A stretch of DNA of 64,000 bases from Deltaproteobacteria bacterium (lineage in GTDB: Bacteria; Desulfobacterota_D; UBA1144; Nemesobacterales; CSP1-2). Positions 41,808-51,170 of this stretch are shown here, one piece after another. The position numbers were made by a program, and so were the translations under genes. Each line of letters begins with the position of its first letter. Position 1 is the stretch's first letter. The stretch spans positions 224,001 to 288,000 of the forward strand of contig JBQTHB010000006.1 of NCBI GenBank assembly GCA_052390235.1, read 5' to 3'. The notes under the pieces are model-generated. The model made no database searches, was not told the origin of the DNA, and saw only the letters and a list, made by a program, of their open reading frames with translations.

Positions 41808-42398
41808 ATGGCAATAAAAATTAAGGTCATAGAATCGCCGAAGCTGAATTTTATGGAGAGGCTCTACATCCCCGAAATTGTGCGCGGGCTAAAAACCACA
41901 ATTATGCACCTGTTAAACTACAAGCCCATTACCGTGCAGTACCCGGAAGAGGTCAAAGAACTCCCCCCGCGCTACAGAGGGCTACATATCCTCCCGGCGG
42001 ATTCAAACGGCGAGATACGATGCGTCGCCTGCAAGCTCTGCGAGGTAGCCTGCCCCACTCAGGCAATATCCATCGTAGCCGAGGCAGCGGACGACTACGG
42101 CATTGAGCGCAGACCCAAGATTTACAACATTGATTTCATGCGATGCGTTTTTTGCGGATTCTGCGTCGAAGCCTGCCCCTGCGATGCCCTTAGAATGGGC
42201 ATGAAATACGAGCTTGCCTCATATAACCGGGCGGGACTCGTTCACACCAAAGAGGTCTTTTTCGACCCCAATGTAAAGAGCCGCGCCCCTAGGGACAATG
42301 CAAATTTCCTTTACGAGAGCGAAAAAGGGGACATTTTGGACGAACCCGCCGAGGTAGAAAAGGTCAAGCGCCTCACGGGAACTTACACGCCTCAGTAA
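41808..42398 (+). CDS. nuoI: NADH-quinone oxidoreductase subunit I
   Basis: TVQYPEE, RYRGLH, CVACKLCEVACP, CVFCGFCVEACP. Confidence 0.9.
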   Translation: MAIKIKVIESPKLNFMERLYIPEIVRGLKTTIMHLLNYKPITVQYPEEVKELPPRYRGLHILPADSNGEIRCVACKLCEVACPTQAISIVAEAADDYGIERRPKIYNIDFMRCVFCGFCVEACPCDALRMGMKYELASYNRAGLVHTKEVFFDPNVKSRAPRDNANFLYESEKGDILDEPAEVEKVKRLTGTYTPQ

Positions 42399-42439
42399 TC
42401 AGCCTGCCCTGCCCCCCCCACACGAGACTCTATCCCCCG

Positions 42440-43228
42440 ATGCCGAAAATAGACCTAAGCGGAGTCAATTTTAACTACTCCCTCGACGGAAGAGGGGATG
42501 AGGCCATCGTCTTCATAAACGGACTCACGATGACCCTCGAAGGGTGGTATCTCCAAGCGGCGGCGCTCGCTCCAAGGTATCAAATCCTCAGATACGACTG
42601 CCGGGGGCAGGGGCTATCGGACTCCATCCCTCCAGAGTATTCCCAACAGATGCACGCCGAAGACCTCAGCGCGCTCATGGACAAGCTCCAAATCGGCAAA
42701 GCCCACATTGCGGGGATTTCAAACGGCGGGATGATAGCCCAGCACTTTGCCCTCGCCTACCCGGAAAAAGTCCGCTCGCTCATTCTCACCGACACCTGTA
42801 GCCACGTTGAGACGCTTTTGGAGCTAATGCTCAAGGCATGGATACGGGCTACCGAGGTCGGCGGAAGCGCGCTCAGGTACGATGTGGCCCTTCCGACCCT
42901 CTTCGCCGAGGGGTTCGTGAAGCGGAATTTGCAGAGTATCCTCAATATGAGAGAGTTGAATATAAAAATCAACTCCCCGCAAAACGTCATCAGCTTAGCC
43001 AAAGCGTCCATGAGGCACAACTTGTCGGATAGGGTTTCGCAAATCCGGGCGCGTACGCTTATTATCGTAGGCGAAGAGGACATACTCATCCCGCCCAGAT
43101 ATTCCCAAATTCTCCACGAGAAGATAAAAAACTCCGAGCTTCTAGTGATAAGAGACTGCGGACACGTCCCCCCGCTCGAAAAGCCGGAAGAATTCAACCG
43201 CGCCCTACTGGGCTTCCTCGCCGGATGA
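42440..43228 (+). CDS. Alpha/beta hydrolase (PcaD-like)
   Basis: YDCRGQG.S, GISNGG nucleophile elbow, GEED, GH. Confidence 0.88.
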   Translation: MPKIDLSGVNFNYSLDGRGDEAIVFINGLTMTLEGWYLQAAALAPRYQILRYDCRGQGLSDSIPPEYSQQMHAEDLSALMDKLQIGKAHIAGISNGGMIAQHFALAYPEKVRSLILTDTCSHVETLLELMLKAWIRATEVGGSALRYDVALPTLFAEGFVKRNLQSILNMRELNIKINSPQNVISLAKASMRHNLSDRVSQIRARTLIIVGEEDILIPPRYSQILHEKIKNSELLVIRDCGHVPPLEKPEEFNRALLGFLAG

Positions 43229-43437
43229 CGATTCACAAAACCGGCTCCTGAGAAGAGCCTACAGCGACAGAGCGCGGAGTCGAATGAGTGGGGAGCGAGA
43301 CGGGGCTATATTGCCCTTGTAAACCGCTTGCCCCCCAAATTCCTACACATCGCAATTTACCGCTGGAAAAGATTGCCGTTATCTGCTATATCAATCATAC
43401 ATTTATAATCTCACAATACATGGAGGTATCCCCAATT

Positions 43438-44484
43438 ATGAAAGCCGCAACCTATCACGGCGTAAGAGACATCAGGGTTGACACCGTACCAGACCCGAAG
43501 ATTGAACAGTCAGGCGACCTGATTTTGAGGATTACAAAGAGCGCCATCTGCGGGTCTGATTTACATTTCTACAGGGGCAGAGTGCCGATGGATGAAGGAT
43601 TTGTCGTAGGACACGAGTTCATGGGCGTGGTCGAAGAAGTGGGAGCGGGGGTTCAATCATTTAAAAAGGGGGACAAGGTCGTCGCTCCATTTTGGGCAAG
43701 TTGCGGCTCATGCACAAATTGCCGGAACAAAGTGCCTACTTCCTGCACGGGCGGGGGCGGATGCTTCGGTTTTGGATACGCCTTTGGAGGGTTTGGCGGC
43801 GGACAGGCTGAGTATGTGAGAGTCCCCTTTGCCGATGGAACGCTTGAAAAAGTGCCGGGAAGCATCGAGGACGACAAAATTCTATTCCTCGGCGATATTC
43901 TGTCAACAGCGTATTTCTGCGCCGAGTGGGCGAACATAAAGCCCGGTCAGAGTGTAGTCGTGTTCGGCGATGGGCCCCTAGGACTGCTCGGCACGGCGTG
44001 CGCCAAATTATTCGGCCCTTCGCAGATAATAACCGTCGGGCGGCATGACTTCAGGCTCGGCATTGCAAAGGACATGGGCGCGGACATCGTCATCAACTCC
44101 CGCAAGGAGAATCACATCGAGCGCATCAAAGAGGCAACGCACGGCGAGGGAGTGGATGCAGTTTTGGAGTGCATAGGCTCGGAAGAGGCGCTCCTTGACG
44201 CTTTCAAGGTGGTAAGAGTGGCTGGGACGATTTCTTTTATTGGACTGTTCGTACAGCCCGTAGCGATACCGATGCTCGATTTCTATCTCAAAGATTTGAC
44301 TCTTCGAGGCGGCGTGTGTCCGGCGAAGAACTATATTCAGAAGCTGCTGCCGCTCGTCGAAAAGGGGAAAATAGACCCCACAGCGGTCATCACACACGAT
44401 TTATCCCTAGCAGACACGCCAAAGGGGTATCACCTCATGGATTCCAAGGCTGAGGACGCCATTAAAGTTGTAATCACGCTGTAA
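43438..44484 (+). CDS. Zinc-dependent (MDR) alcohol/aldehyde dehydrogenase
   Basis: ICGSDLH, GHEFMG, C..C..C.......C, GGQAEYVRVP, GDILST. Confidence 0.9.
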   Translation: MKAATYHGVRDIRVDTVPDPKIEQSGDLILRITKSAICGSDLHFYRGRVPMDEGFVVGHEFMGVVEEVGAGVQSFKKGDKVVAPFWASCGSCTNCRNKVPTSCTGGGGCFGFGYAFGGFGGGQAEYVRVPFADGTLEKVPGSIEDDKILFLGDILSTAYFCAEWANIKPGQSVVVFGDGPLGLLGTACAKLFGPSQIITVGRHDFRLGIAKDMGADIVINSRKENHIERIKEATHGEGVDAVLECIGSEEALLDAFKVVRVAGTISFIGLFVQPVAIPMLDFYLKDLTLRGGVCPAKNYIQKLLPLVEKGKIDPTAVITHDLSLADTPKGYHLMDSKAEDAIKVVITL

Positions 44485-44574
44485 TTTTTATCGGCAGAGC
44501 GCGGCGAGGGGGCGGGGGAGTGGGAGAGACATCTGTTCACTCCCCTCTCCCGAGAATTTTCGAGAGCGGGTAAT

Positions 44575-45282
44575 TTAGAAATTATCGAGGGATATTGCCG
44601 CCCCTCTTTGGATGATTTCATAGGGAAGGTCGGATCTTTCGGGAACGGACATGAATGATTTTCTCAGATTCTCTTTTTTACTCTCGTCCTGGGGAACTAG
44701 GACTAGGAGTTTTCCTGGGTACTCAAGGTCGTTTCTCGTGTAGAAAATCTCTTTGAATTTTTCAATCTTAAACTTTATATTGCCGAAGGAAGGGTCAGCG
44801 AGATAGACAAAATTTGCGTCCATACCCCGATAGACCGTAAAGTGCTGGTTCTTGCGTATCTCGACGTAGAGAATTGCCGGTACTTTAAGCTCCTTGAGCG
44901 ACTCTAACGGAAGCGCAAGCCCGAAGGCTTTATAGCCTCTGGTCTCGGCATATTCTTTTAAATCCTGAAAAGAGAGGGCAAAATCCTCTTTTTGGACTTC
45001 TTTTTTCTTCTCGAGCCCACGCTCTTCAAGCAAGTATTTGACGATTTCTATCTCGCCGACTTTCTCATCGAAAAAAAAGTTCATCAGAGTCGCCAGAGAC
45101 GCCGAGCCGCATGAGTAATCATACCTCTGGCGTATCAGATTCTCGTCCCTGTGCTCGAGCCAGCTCTTAACGGATTTTTTTATGACCACGTCGTTTTTAG
45201 CCACACCTATCCCTTCGGCAAAAGCGGACTGAGCCGAAGCAACGAGGACAGATAAAATAACAATTGAGGAGAATGTTTTCAT
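44575..45282 (-). CDS. Standalone Sec-exported C39 peptidase (FapD-like)
   Basis: Signal peptide; VKSW...RD.N..RQRYDYSCGSASLATL, HFTV, LADPSFGN (Q/C/H/D residues); no ABC domain. Confidence 0.9.
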   Translation of the reverse strand: MKTFSSIVILSVLVASAQSAFAEGIGVAKNDVVIKKSVKSWLEHRDENLIRQRYDYSCGSASLATLMNFFFDEKVGEIEIVKYLLEERGLEKKKEVQKEDFALSFQDLKEYAETRGYKAFGLALPLESLKELKVPAILYVEIRKNQHFTVYRGMDANFVYLADPSFGNIKFKIEKFKEIFYTRNDLEYPGKLLVLVPQDESKKENLRKSFMSVPERSDLPYEIIQRGAAISLDNF

Positions 45283-45285
45283 TGT

Positions 45286-46503
45286 CTAAAACCTGTAAGT
45301 TGCCCTTATGCCCAGTATGGCTTGATTGAAGCTCGCCTCGTTTCTGTATTCAGCGTCAACGGAGAGAATTAGATTATCCCGTATCCCGTAGGAAACCCCG
45401 AAGAGCGGCGAAATGCTCGTGCGCGTAAGGGCGACTCTATCGCCGTTGATTTTGTCCCTGCCCTGAATCGAGAATCTCACCCCGCCCGTGAGGGTTATGT
45501 AGGGATTAACGACGAACAGTACCTGAGGGGAGAAGGAGAAAACCTCGCCGGGGTCAATGCTTATGCCCCGATGCTCTCTTTTCAAGCTCTGCCGGTAGCT
45601 CGCCTGAGCGAAGAAAATTACGGGGTCAACCGTGTAGAAAGACGTTAACGAGGCGGAGAAAGTGCGGAAATAATCGAGCTGATAGTCGTCGTTAGTGAAT
45701 TCTGTATTGTCCAGCACATTGGTTGAGGCGGAGACCAAAAGCGCGGGATAATTGTCTTCGCGGCGGACTTGATATGTGGCTCCCAAGCCGGCGAAGTTAA
45801 AATTGAAATCCGAATCGCTGTCTCTTTGCCCATTTAAAAATGCGCGCTGAAAGCTAGTAAGCACAGAGCCGAAGCCGAAGAGTTCGAGTTTTCTCGTAAC
45901 GCCGTAGCGGACGTTAAGCGTATAGGAGATGAAATCCTGATCCACCTCTTGGTCTCCCAAGAAAACGGGAATTATTATGGACTGCCCGCCGGCTGTGTTT
46001 ATCGAGACCAGCCCGGTTGACCCGGATGAGCGGCTCGTGTGAGAGTACGTGGCGCTGAGGTCAAGCGTGATTTTCTTCTGCTCGGTGAGCAGTTCTTCGA
46101 TTTTCACGGGCTTTCTTTCGGTCTCGGACTCAGACCTCTCAATTTTAGGCGCGTCTGCAGGAGGAGGGGGAGCGGACTGAGCAAAGAGCTTGGCATCCAC
46201 TGCCGCCTCGGACTTCTTAGCGGCGGGGCTTCTCCTCACGACCGAAGCTAACACCGGAGGGGTTGATGCCGCCGCTTCTTCGCCTTTTGTATAGTGTTTA
46301 GCGACAAGCCCGCCCCAGCTATTTTCACTCTTGGATAGGGCGATGGGATGATTTTTTTGATTGTCCGCCGCCCATAGAGAATTCACCGCCGAGAGCAACA
46401 GTAAGATTGAAAGAGAGATAGCGGCAATGTGTCGAGACGGCGATGAACTTGAGCTGATTTGATTATCCTGGAGGGTTAGGAACGGCGCAAGAGTATTTTT
46501 CAT
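45286..46503 (-). CDS. Outer-membrane beta-barrel transporter (FapF-like)
   Basis: Signal peptide, disordered N-region, barrel with LNVRYGVT..LEL, DPVIFF, IDPG, C-terminal IRATYRF. Confidence 0.75.
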   Translation of the reverse strand: MKNTLAPFLTLQDNQISSSSSPSRHIAAISLSILLLLSAVNSLWAADNQKNHPIALSKSENSWGGLVAKHYTKGEEAAASTPPVLASVVRRSPAAKKSEAAVDAKLFAQSAPPPPADAPKIERSESETERKPVKIEELLTEQKKITLDLSATYSHTSRSSGSTGLVSINTAGGQSIIIPVFLGDQEVDQDFISYTLNVRYGVTRKLELFGFGSVLTSFQRAFLNGQRDSDSDFNFNFAGLGATYQVRREDNYPALLVSASTNVLDNTEFTNDDYQLDYFRTFSASLTSFYTVDPVIFFAQASYRQSLKREHRGISIDPGEVFSFSPQVLFVVNPYITLTGGVRFSIQGRDKINGDRVALTRTSISPLFGVSYGIRDNLILSVDAEYRNEASFNQAILGIRATYRF

Positions 46504-46581
46504 GGCTCTATTATATCATAATCAAATTTAAGAGTGAATTGGGAAAATTGGAAAAAGTTATTAAAGAAATGGGACAAAAAT

Positions 46582-46618
46582 ATAAAAGAGACCCTGCATT
46601 AGGCAGGGTCTCTTTTAT
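46582..46618. terminator. Bidirectional intrinsic terminator
   Basis: Perfect 16-bp inverted repeat ATAAAAGAGACCCTGC-ATTAG-GCAGGGTCTCTTTTAT. Confidence 0.85.
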
Positions 46619-46640
46619 TTAATAATAATATATTAAAGCC

Positions 46641-47015
46641 TTATAGGGCTATGCCTAATCCGGCGATGCCGAGAACGTTTACCGCTAGGCTACCATTGAC
46701 GGCAACAACCTGATTGACGATGCCAAGAACGGACGCCACAACCGCGTCGAGGTTAACCGGAGGGAGAAGTCCAAGCACCGGCGCAAGAATCGGGGTGAGG
46801 CCAAGGGCGCCAAGGATGTTTAGAACCTGACCCACTACGGCATTTAGAGAGATCAACTGTCCCTGAGTGGCCTGCATCTCTATGTCGGTCATTGTTGACG
46901 CGGCAACCTGATCCTGACCAAACAAGAAGCTGGAGTCAGCCGACCCTAAATCGCTCGCCATAGCCACTGACGATAGGGCCACAGCCATCACTAAAGCTAG
47001 AAATACTTTACGCAT
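46641..47015 (-). CDS. Secreted prepro-peptide: signal peptide + C39-type leader + 72-aa hydrophobic core
   Basis: AGGAGG SD; MRKVF..AMA signal; MTDIEMQATQG leader end; V/L/G/N/A-rich core. Confidence 0.8.
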   Translation of the reverse strand: MRKVFLALVMAVALSSVAMASDLGSADSSFLFGQDQVAASTMTDIEMQATQGQLISLNAVVGQVLNILGALGLTPILAPVLGLLPPVNLDAVVASVLGIVNQVVAVNGSLAVNVLGIAGLGIAL

Positions 47016-47349
47016 AACTAACACCTCCTGTAGTAATATTTTAGTAGTTATTTATATATCAATTCAAATTAGATGTCAATACCCATTTATCTATTAATTT
47101 GTTATCTCTGATTCTCATTACTGTTTTTCTTTATTTTTATTACGGGCGAGTTTACGCAAAAAACCGATGAGCCGCAATAGGAATAAACGGAAGAATATCC
47201 CAAAAGAATGTATTAGAATATAAGGCGCGCAGCCGAGCACAAGGTGGAAAATCAGGCCGTGGGCAGTGTATCGGCGGTTTAAAAATTCATCATCCCGATA
47301 TATAATCTTGAAATTCAACAAACACTATCGCACACAGAGAGGTATTTCC

Positions 47350-48180
47350 ATGTTAATCAAACATCGGAGAGCATGGGCAACAAGAGCAATACTCATCGCG
47401 CTGACGCTCGTCATAAACTCGACGGCTTCGGCGGCTATTGCCGAGGATTACGACTCGCTCATCAGAAAAGGGGACAAATACTACGAATTATTTGATAACC
47501 GCAGGGCTTTGACCGAATATGAAAAGGCGTACACAATCGCTCCCGAAAGTTTTGACGCCCTAATGAAGCTCGCCCGCGCTTACAATGACTTGGGGGAGGA
47601 TTTAAAGGGGGTGAAATTCAGCCCTGAGAAATCTAAGTCGCCAAACGCGGCTAAGATTGAGCAGTACTGGCAGAAAGCCGCCGAGTATGCCGAATTATTG
47701 AAGAAAAAATTCCCGGACAGGGCCGAGACTTACTTTTTGCTTGCTACCACCTACGGGCATCTCGCCATTTTCAAGGACGGCAAAGAGAAAGTTAGGTTCG
47801 CCGGCGATGTCGAGAAAAACTGCAAAAAAGCCATTGAACTCGACCCCGATTTTATTCCCGCCTACGTTGCCCTAGCCGTCTATTACAGGGAAGTGGCAGG
47901 GCTTAACTGGGTGCTGAAGGCATTTGCTAAAACCCTGTACGGGGGAAGGCTCAAAGGCACGATACAGGATTCGGAAAGGCTTCTGCTCGAGGCGATGAAA
48001 ATCAATCCCGATATTATTCACATCCACTACGAGCTTGCTAAGACCTACGTCGTAATGAAGCGGGAAGACAAAGTGGCGGAGCATCTGCGAGAAACGCTCG
48101 GCTTGCCGCTCTACGACCACCAGGACAGGGAAATAAAACAAGTAGCCGAGAGGGAGCTGAAAAAACTCGCCAAGAAGTAA
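47350..48180 (+). CDS. Secreted TPR protein
   Basis: Signal peptide, TPR-like helices (KKAIELDP, LAVYYREVAGLNW). Confidence 0.75.
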   Translation: MLIKHRRAWATRAILIALTLVINSTASAAIAEDYDSLIRKGDKYYELFDNRRALTEYEKAYTIAPESFDALMKLARAYNDLGEDLKGVKFSPEKSKSPNAAKIEQYWQKAAEYAELLKKKFPDRAETYFLLATTYGHLAIFKDGKEKVRFAGDVEKNCKKAIELDPDFIPAYVALAVYYREVAGLNWVLKAFAKTLYGGRLKGTIQDSERLLLEAMKINPDIIHIHYELAKTYVVMKREDKVAEHLRETLGLPLYDHQDREIKQVAERELKKLAKK

Positions 48181-48205
48181 ATCCGGTGCTCTTACCTACA
48201 TAAAA

Positions 48206-49915
48206 ATGCAGACGCCCCACAAATACGAAAACCTAATTCTTCAGGAAAAAGCTCTAATTCACTCGCTCATCGCCGAGATTAAGACACTCAATTGGGCGAG
48301 AACAGAGGATAAATTAAGAGCCATCGCCCAGAATCTCGACAACCCCTTTTCCATCGTGTTCATCGGCGAATTCAGCACAGGGAAATCCTCGGTAATCAAC
48401 GCCCTCGTGGGAGAGCGAATCCTCCCGGAGGGAATCACGCCGACGACGGATAAAATCACAGTTCTGAGGTACGGCGATACAAGAGGCGAGAGGGCGGAGG
48501 CAGACGGTAGCCTGCACATATCAATCCCCAAAGAGAGTTTGAGGGGGATTTTAATCGTTGACACTCCGGGAACAAACGTAACCCTTGAGCAGCACGAGCG
48601 CATAACCGAGGAATTCATACCTAGGGCGGACATCGTGTTCTTCGTCATTGGCGCGGAGAGAGCCGTTACTGAGAGCGAAGCCCGGCTTATCGCCTTCATC
48701 AAGGACGACTGGAAAAAAAGCGTAGTTTTTGTAATCAACAAAATTGACACCGTCGAGAACGAAGAGGAATTCCAGAGGCTTCTGGGACACACGGGCGGCG
48801 AAATTGAGCGCATATTCAGGATAAAACCCGCTCTCATCCCCCTATCGGCAAAGCTCGCCATGCGCGCGAAGACCGAGGGAAACGCAGAACTCATGGCGGC
48901 AAGCGGGATGCCTGCGCTTCGGGAGTACATATTTAAAACCCTCGGCGAGGAAGAGCGGATTAAAATCAAGATAAGAGACTCATCAGCCCTTGCGCAGAGC
49001 CTCCTTGGGGAAATGGAAGAGATGCTCACCGCAAGCCTCGGCAAGATTTCAAGCGACACCTTGCACATCGGGCAGTTCGAGACGAGTCTCGACGGGATGA
49101 AGGCGGAGATTTTGCAAAACTCCACTCAGTTCACCGAGAAAATCCGAAGCAGGCTCTTGGAATTCAAAACTAAGGGGATTGAATTTATTGACAACCTCAT
49201 AAGGGTCGAGAACGTTCTGAGCCTGTTTAGAAAGGAGCGAATTGCAAAAGAATTCGAGAGCCAAGTTTCGCTCCAAACCATGAAGGAGCTAGAGAGAGAC
49301 CTCGACGCCATGGTTGTTTGGGCTGAGAGGGCATCAAAAAACTTTATGGACGGCTCGATTGATTTCTACCGCAAGTCCCTGCTGTCGGATTCAATCCAAG
49401 AGGGTGGCACGGGTTTTGCCTCCGCGAGAATTCAGCTACTGGACACCGTAAGGTCGGAGCTTGAGGCGAGGCGCAGGCAGATTGACCCCGCTATACTTGG
49501 GAGCAATTTGGTGGATTCGGCAAGAGGGGCAGTGGCATCGGTGCTTGGGGTGCAGATAGGCTCGCTTGCGGTAGGGTCGGCGGTGATTTCGGCGTTTTCC
49601 TCGCTGATAGTGGACATCACGGGGATACTCGCCACTCTGGCTATTATGGCGACAGCCTTTGCCATCATCCCTCGAAAGAGGCGAGAGGCGATGAGGGATT
49701 TTGGAGGGAAGGTTGACGGGCTAATTTCGGAGCTTACCGGAAGCGTTGAGTCGCAATTCGAGCGAGACCTCGAGGGGATTAGAATGCAGATTCAAGACTC
49801 CCTCTCGCCGCTTAGAAATTTCTATAAAATACAGGCAAAAAGACTCGAAGACTCGCAACATAGGGTGCGGGAAATTGAGGGCAGGCTCGGAGACATCCTA
49901 AAAGCCGTATCCTAG
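48206..49915 (+). CDS. Bacterial dynamin-like GTPase (BDLP/FZO-like)
   Basis: GEFSTGKS, PTT, DTPG, NKID; coiled coils; hydrophobic paddle near C-terminus. Confidence 0.88.
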   Translation: MQTPHKYENLILQEKALIHSLIAEIKTLNWARTEDKLRAIAQNLDNPFSIVFIGEFSTGKSSVINALVGERILPEGITPTTDKITVLRYGDTRGERAEADGSLHISIPKESLRGILIVDTPGTNVTLEQHERITEEFIPRADIVFFVIGAERAVTESEARLIAFIKDDWKKSVVFVINKIDTVENEEEFQRLLGHTGGEIERIFRIKPALIPLSAKLAMRAKTEGNAELMAASGMPALREYIFKTLGEEERIKIKIRDSSALAQSLLGEMEEMLTASLGKISSDTLHIGQFETSLDGMKAEILQNSTQFTEKIRSRLLEFKTKGIEFIDNLIRVENVLSLFRKERIAKEFESQVSLQTMKELERDLDAMVVWAERASKNFMDGSIDFYRKSLLSDSIQEGGTGFASARIQLLDTVRSELEARRRQIDPAILGSNLVDSARGAVASVLGVQIGSLAVGSAVISAFSSLIVDITGILATLAIMATAFAIIPRKRREAMRDFGGKVDGLISELTGSVESQFERDLEGIRMQIQDSLSPLRNFYKIQAKRLEDSQHRVREIEGRLGDILKAVS

Positions 49916-50017
49916 CCAACACCCCCAGCCTCGCTCCTGCGTCACGAATAGGACTTGGCATATCCGCCGATTCCCTTTATATTATCCCGCAAAAATCAAC
50001 AATTGGAGATTAACCAC

Positions 50018-50632
50018 GTGTCACCGTTCCCTCATCAGTTTTACCGCTGGCGTCCGCATCCTTGGCACGGGCTTGAAGTAGGCCCGAATCCGCCCGCCGT
50101 CGTCCACGCTTATATCGAAATCACGCCGTTTGATTTGGTGAAATACGAGGTTGACAAGCTAACCGGATATCTGCGCGTTGACCGCCCTCAGAAAACGTCT
50201 TCCCAAACCCCCGCGCTCTACGGATTTATCCCTCGCACCTACTGCGGAGATAGGGTGAGCCAACTGTCGTCCAATACCAGCCGAGGCGATGGAGACCCGC
50301 TCGACATCTGCGTTATCAGCGAAAGACCGATAAACCGCTCCGAGGTTATCTTAAACGCCAGAGTCGTCGGAGGGCTTCAGGGCGTGGACAGCGACGAGGC
50401 GGACGATAAAATCATCGCCGTTCTCGAAAAAGACCACGTTTGGGGGAAGGTCGAAGATATAGATGAGTTGCCGGGGATTTTAGTCGAGCGGCTAACGCAC
50501 TACTTCAGCACCTATAAGCTCAATCCCGGAACGCCGTCCCAGATGATCATCGAGAGGGTCTATAACCGTGAACATGCCATAAAGGTCATCAACGCCGCCA
50601 TCGAGGACTATAACCACGAGTACGGGGTTTAA
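50018..50632 (+). CDS. ppa: Inorganic pyrophosphatase family I
   Basis: HPWHG, KYEVDK, YGFIPRT, GDGDPLD, DDKIIAV; GTG start with GGAG SD. Confidence 0.93.
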   Translation: MSPFPHQFYRWRPHPWHGLEVGPNPPAVVHAYIEITPFDLVKYEVDKLTGYLRVDRPQKTSSQTPALYGFIPRTYCGDRVSQLSSNTSRGDGDPLDICVISERPINRSEVILNARVVGGLQGVDSDEADDKIIAVLEKDHVWGKVEDIDELPGILVERLTHYFSTYKLNPGTPSQMIIERVYNREHAIKVINAAIEDYNHEYGV

Positions 50633-50650
50633 TTAACACTCCGAGAGATG

Positions 50651-50700
50651 AAAAAAGGCGGGAGAGTTCCAGACTCTAATTCGAGTTTCCCGCCCTTTTT
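50651..50700. terminator. Probable bidirectional terminator between ppa and lipoprotein gene
   Basis: A-tract GGCGGGA ... TCCCGCC T-tract. Confidence 0.5.
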
Positions 50701-50721
50701 CGCTGCCGAGATATAAAACCC

Positions 50722-51084
50722 CTATCTGATAGCGGTTATTTTATTGTTCGCGTCGTACTCCACAACTATCCTTCGGCAGTCGCCGGAGGCATCGCTTATT
50801 GCCTCGACGGGGGTTCCTACAACCTCCCACAAGCCAACGGTCAGAAAGTCCAGGATACCGTGTCCGATAGCCCTGCCGACCGACCCCTCTTTGCCCCTGC
50901 ACGCGATGAACGTATCGGCGTTGGTTGAAACCGATTCAGGACTGCCGAGATTAGCCCTAACCACTCCCCTGTCCTCTCCCGTTTTGAGGACGGATAAATC
51001 CGTATCCGGCGTGCCGTGAAGAGCCATACCGACGCTGCACGAGCCGAGCATAAAAGCCAATAAAACTGTCAGAATAAGATTCAT
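50722..51084 (-). CDS. Small lipoprotein, SmpA/OmlA-like fold with glycine-rich hydrophobic insert
   Basis: GAGGTG SD; lipobox LGSC; LSVLKTG..R..V...LGSP; GRAIGHGILDFLTVGLWEVVG. Confidence 0.7.
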   Translation of the reverse strand: MNLILTVLLAFMLGSCSVGMALHGTPDTDLSVLKTGEDRGVVRANLGSPESVSTNADTFIACRGKEGSVGRAIGHGILDFLTVGLWEVVGTPVEAISDASGDCRRIVVEYDANNKITAIR

Positions 51085-51149
51085 AATGAAATCACCTCGA
51101 TTGATGTTTCCATTAAATCTAAGGCTGGATGGGAAAATGCGTATAGAAA

Positions 51150-51170
51150 GCAATATTGCCGAAATGTTGC
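51150..51170. promoter_or_regulatory. 21-bp dyad, copy 1 (candidate operator)
   Basis: GCAATATTGCCGAAATGTTGC; exact reverse complement of 62076-62096. Confidence 0.65.

Noticed and set aside
48259..49125. Long antisense ORFs (288 aa here; also 30553-31203, 25124-25729, 61375-61974)
   Set aside because: Shadow frames of well-supported opposite-strand genes, with no motifs or SD.
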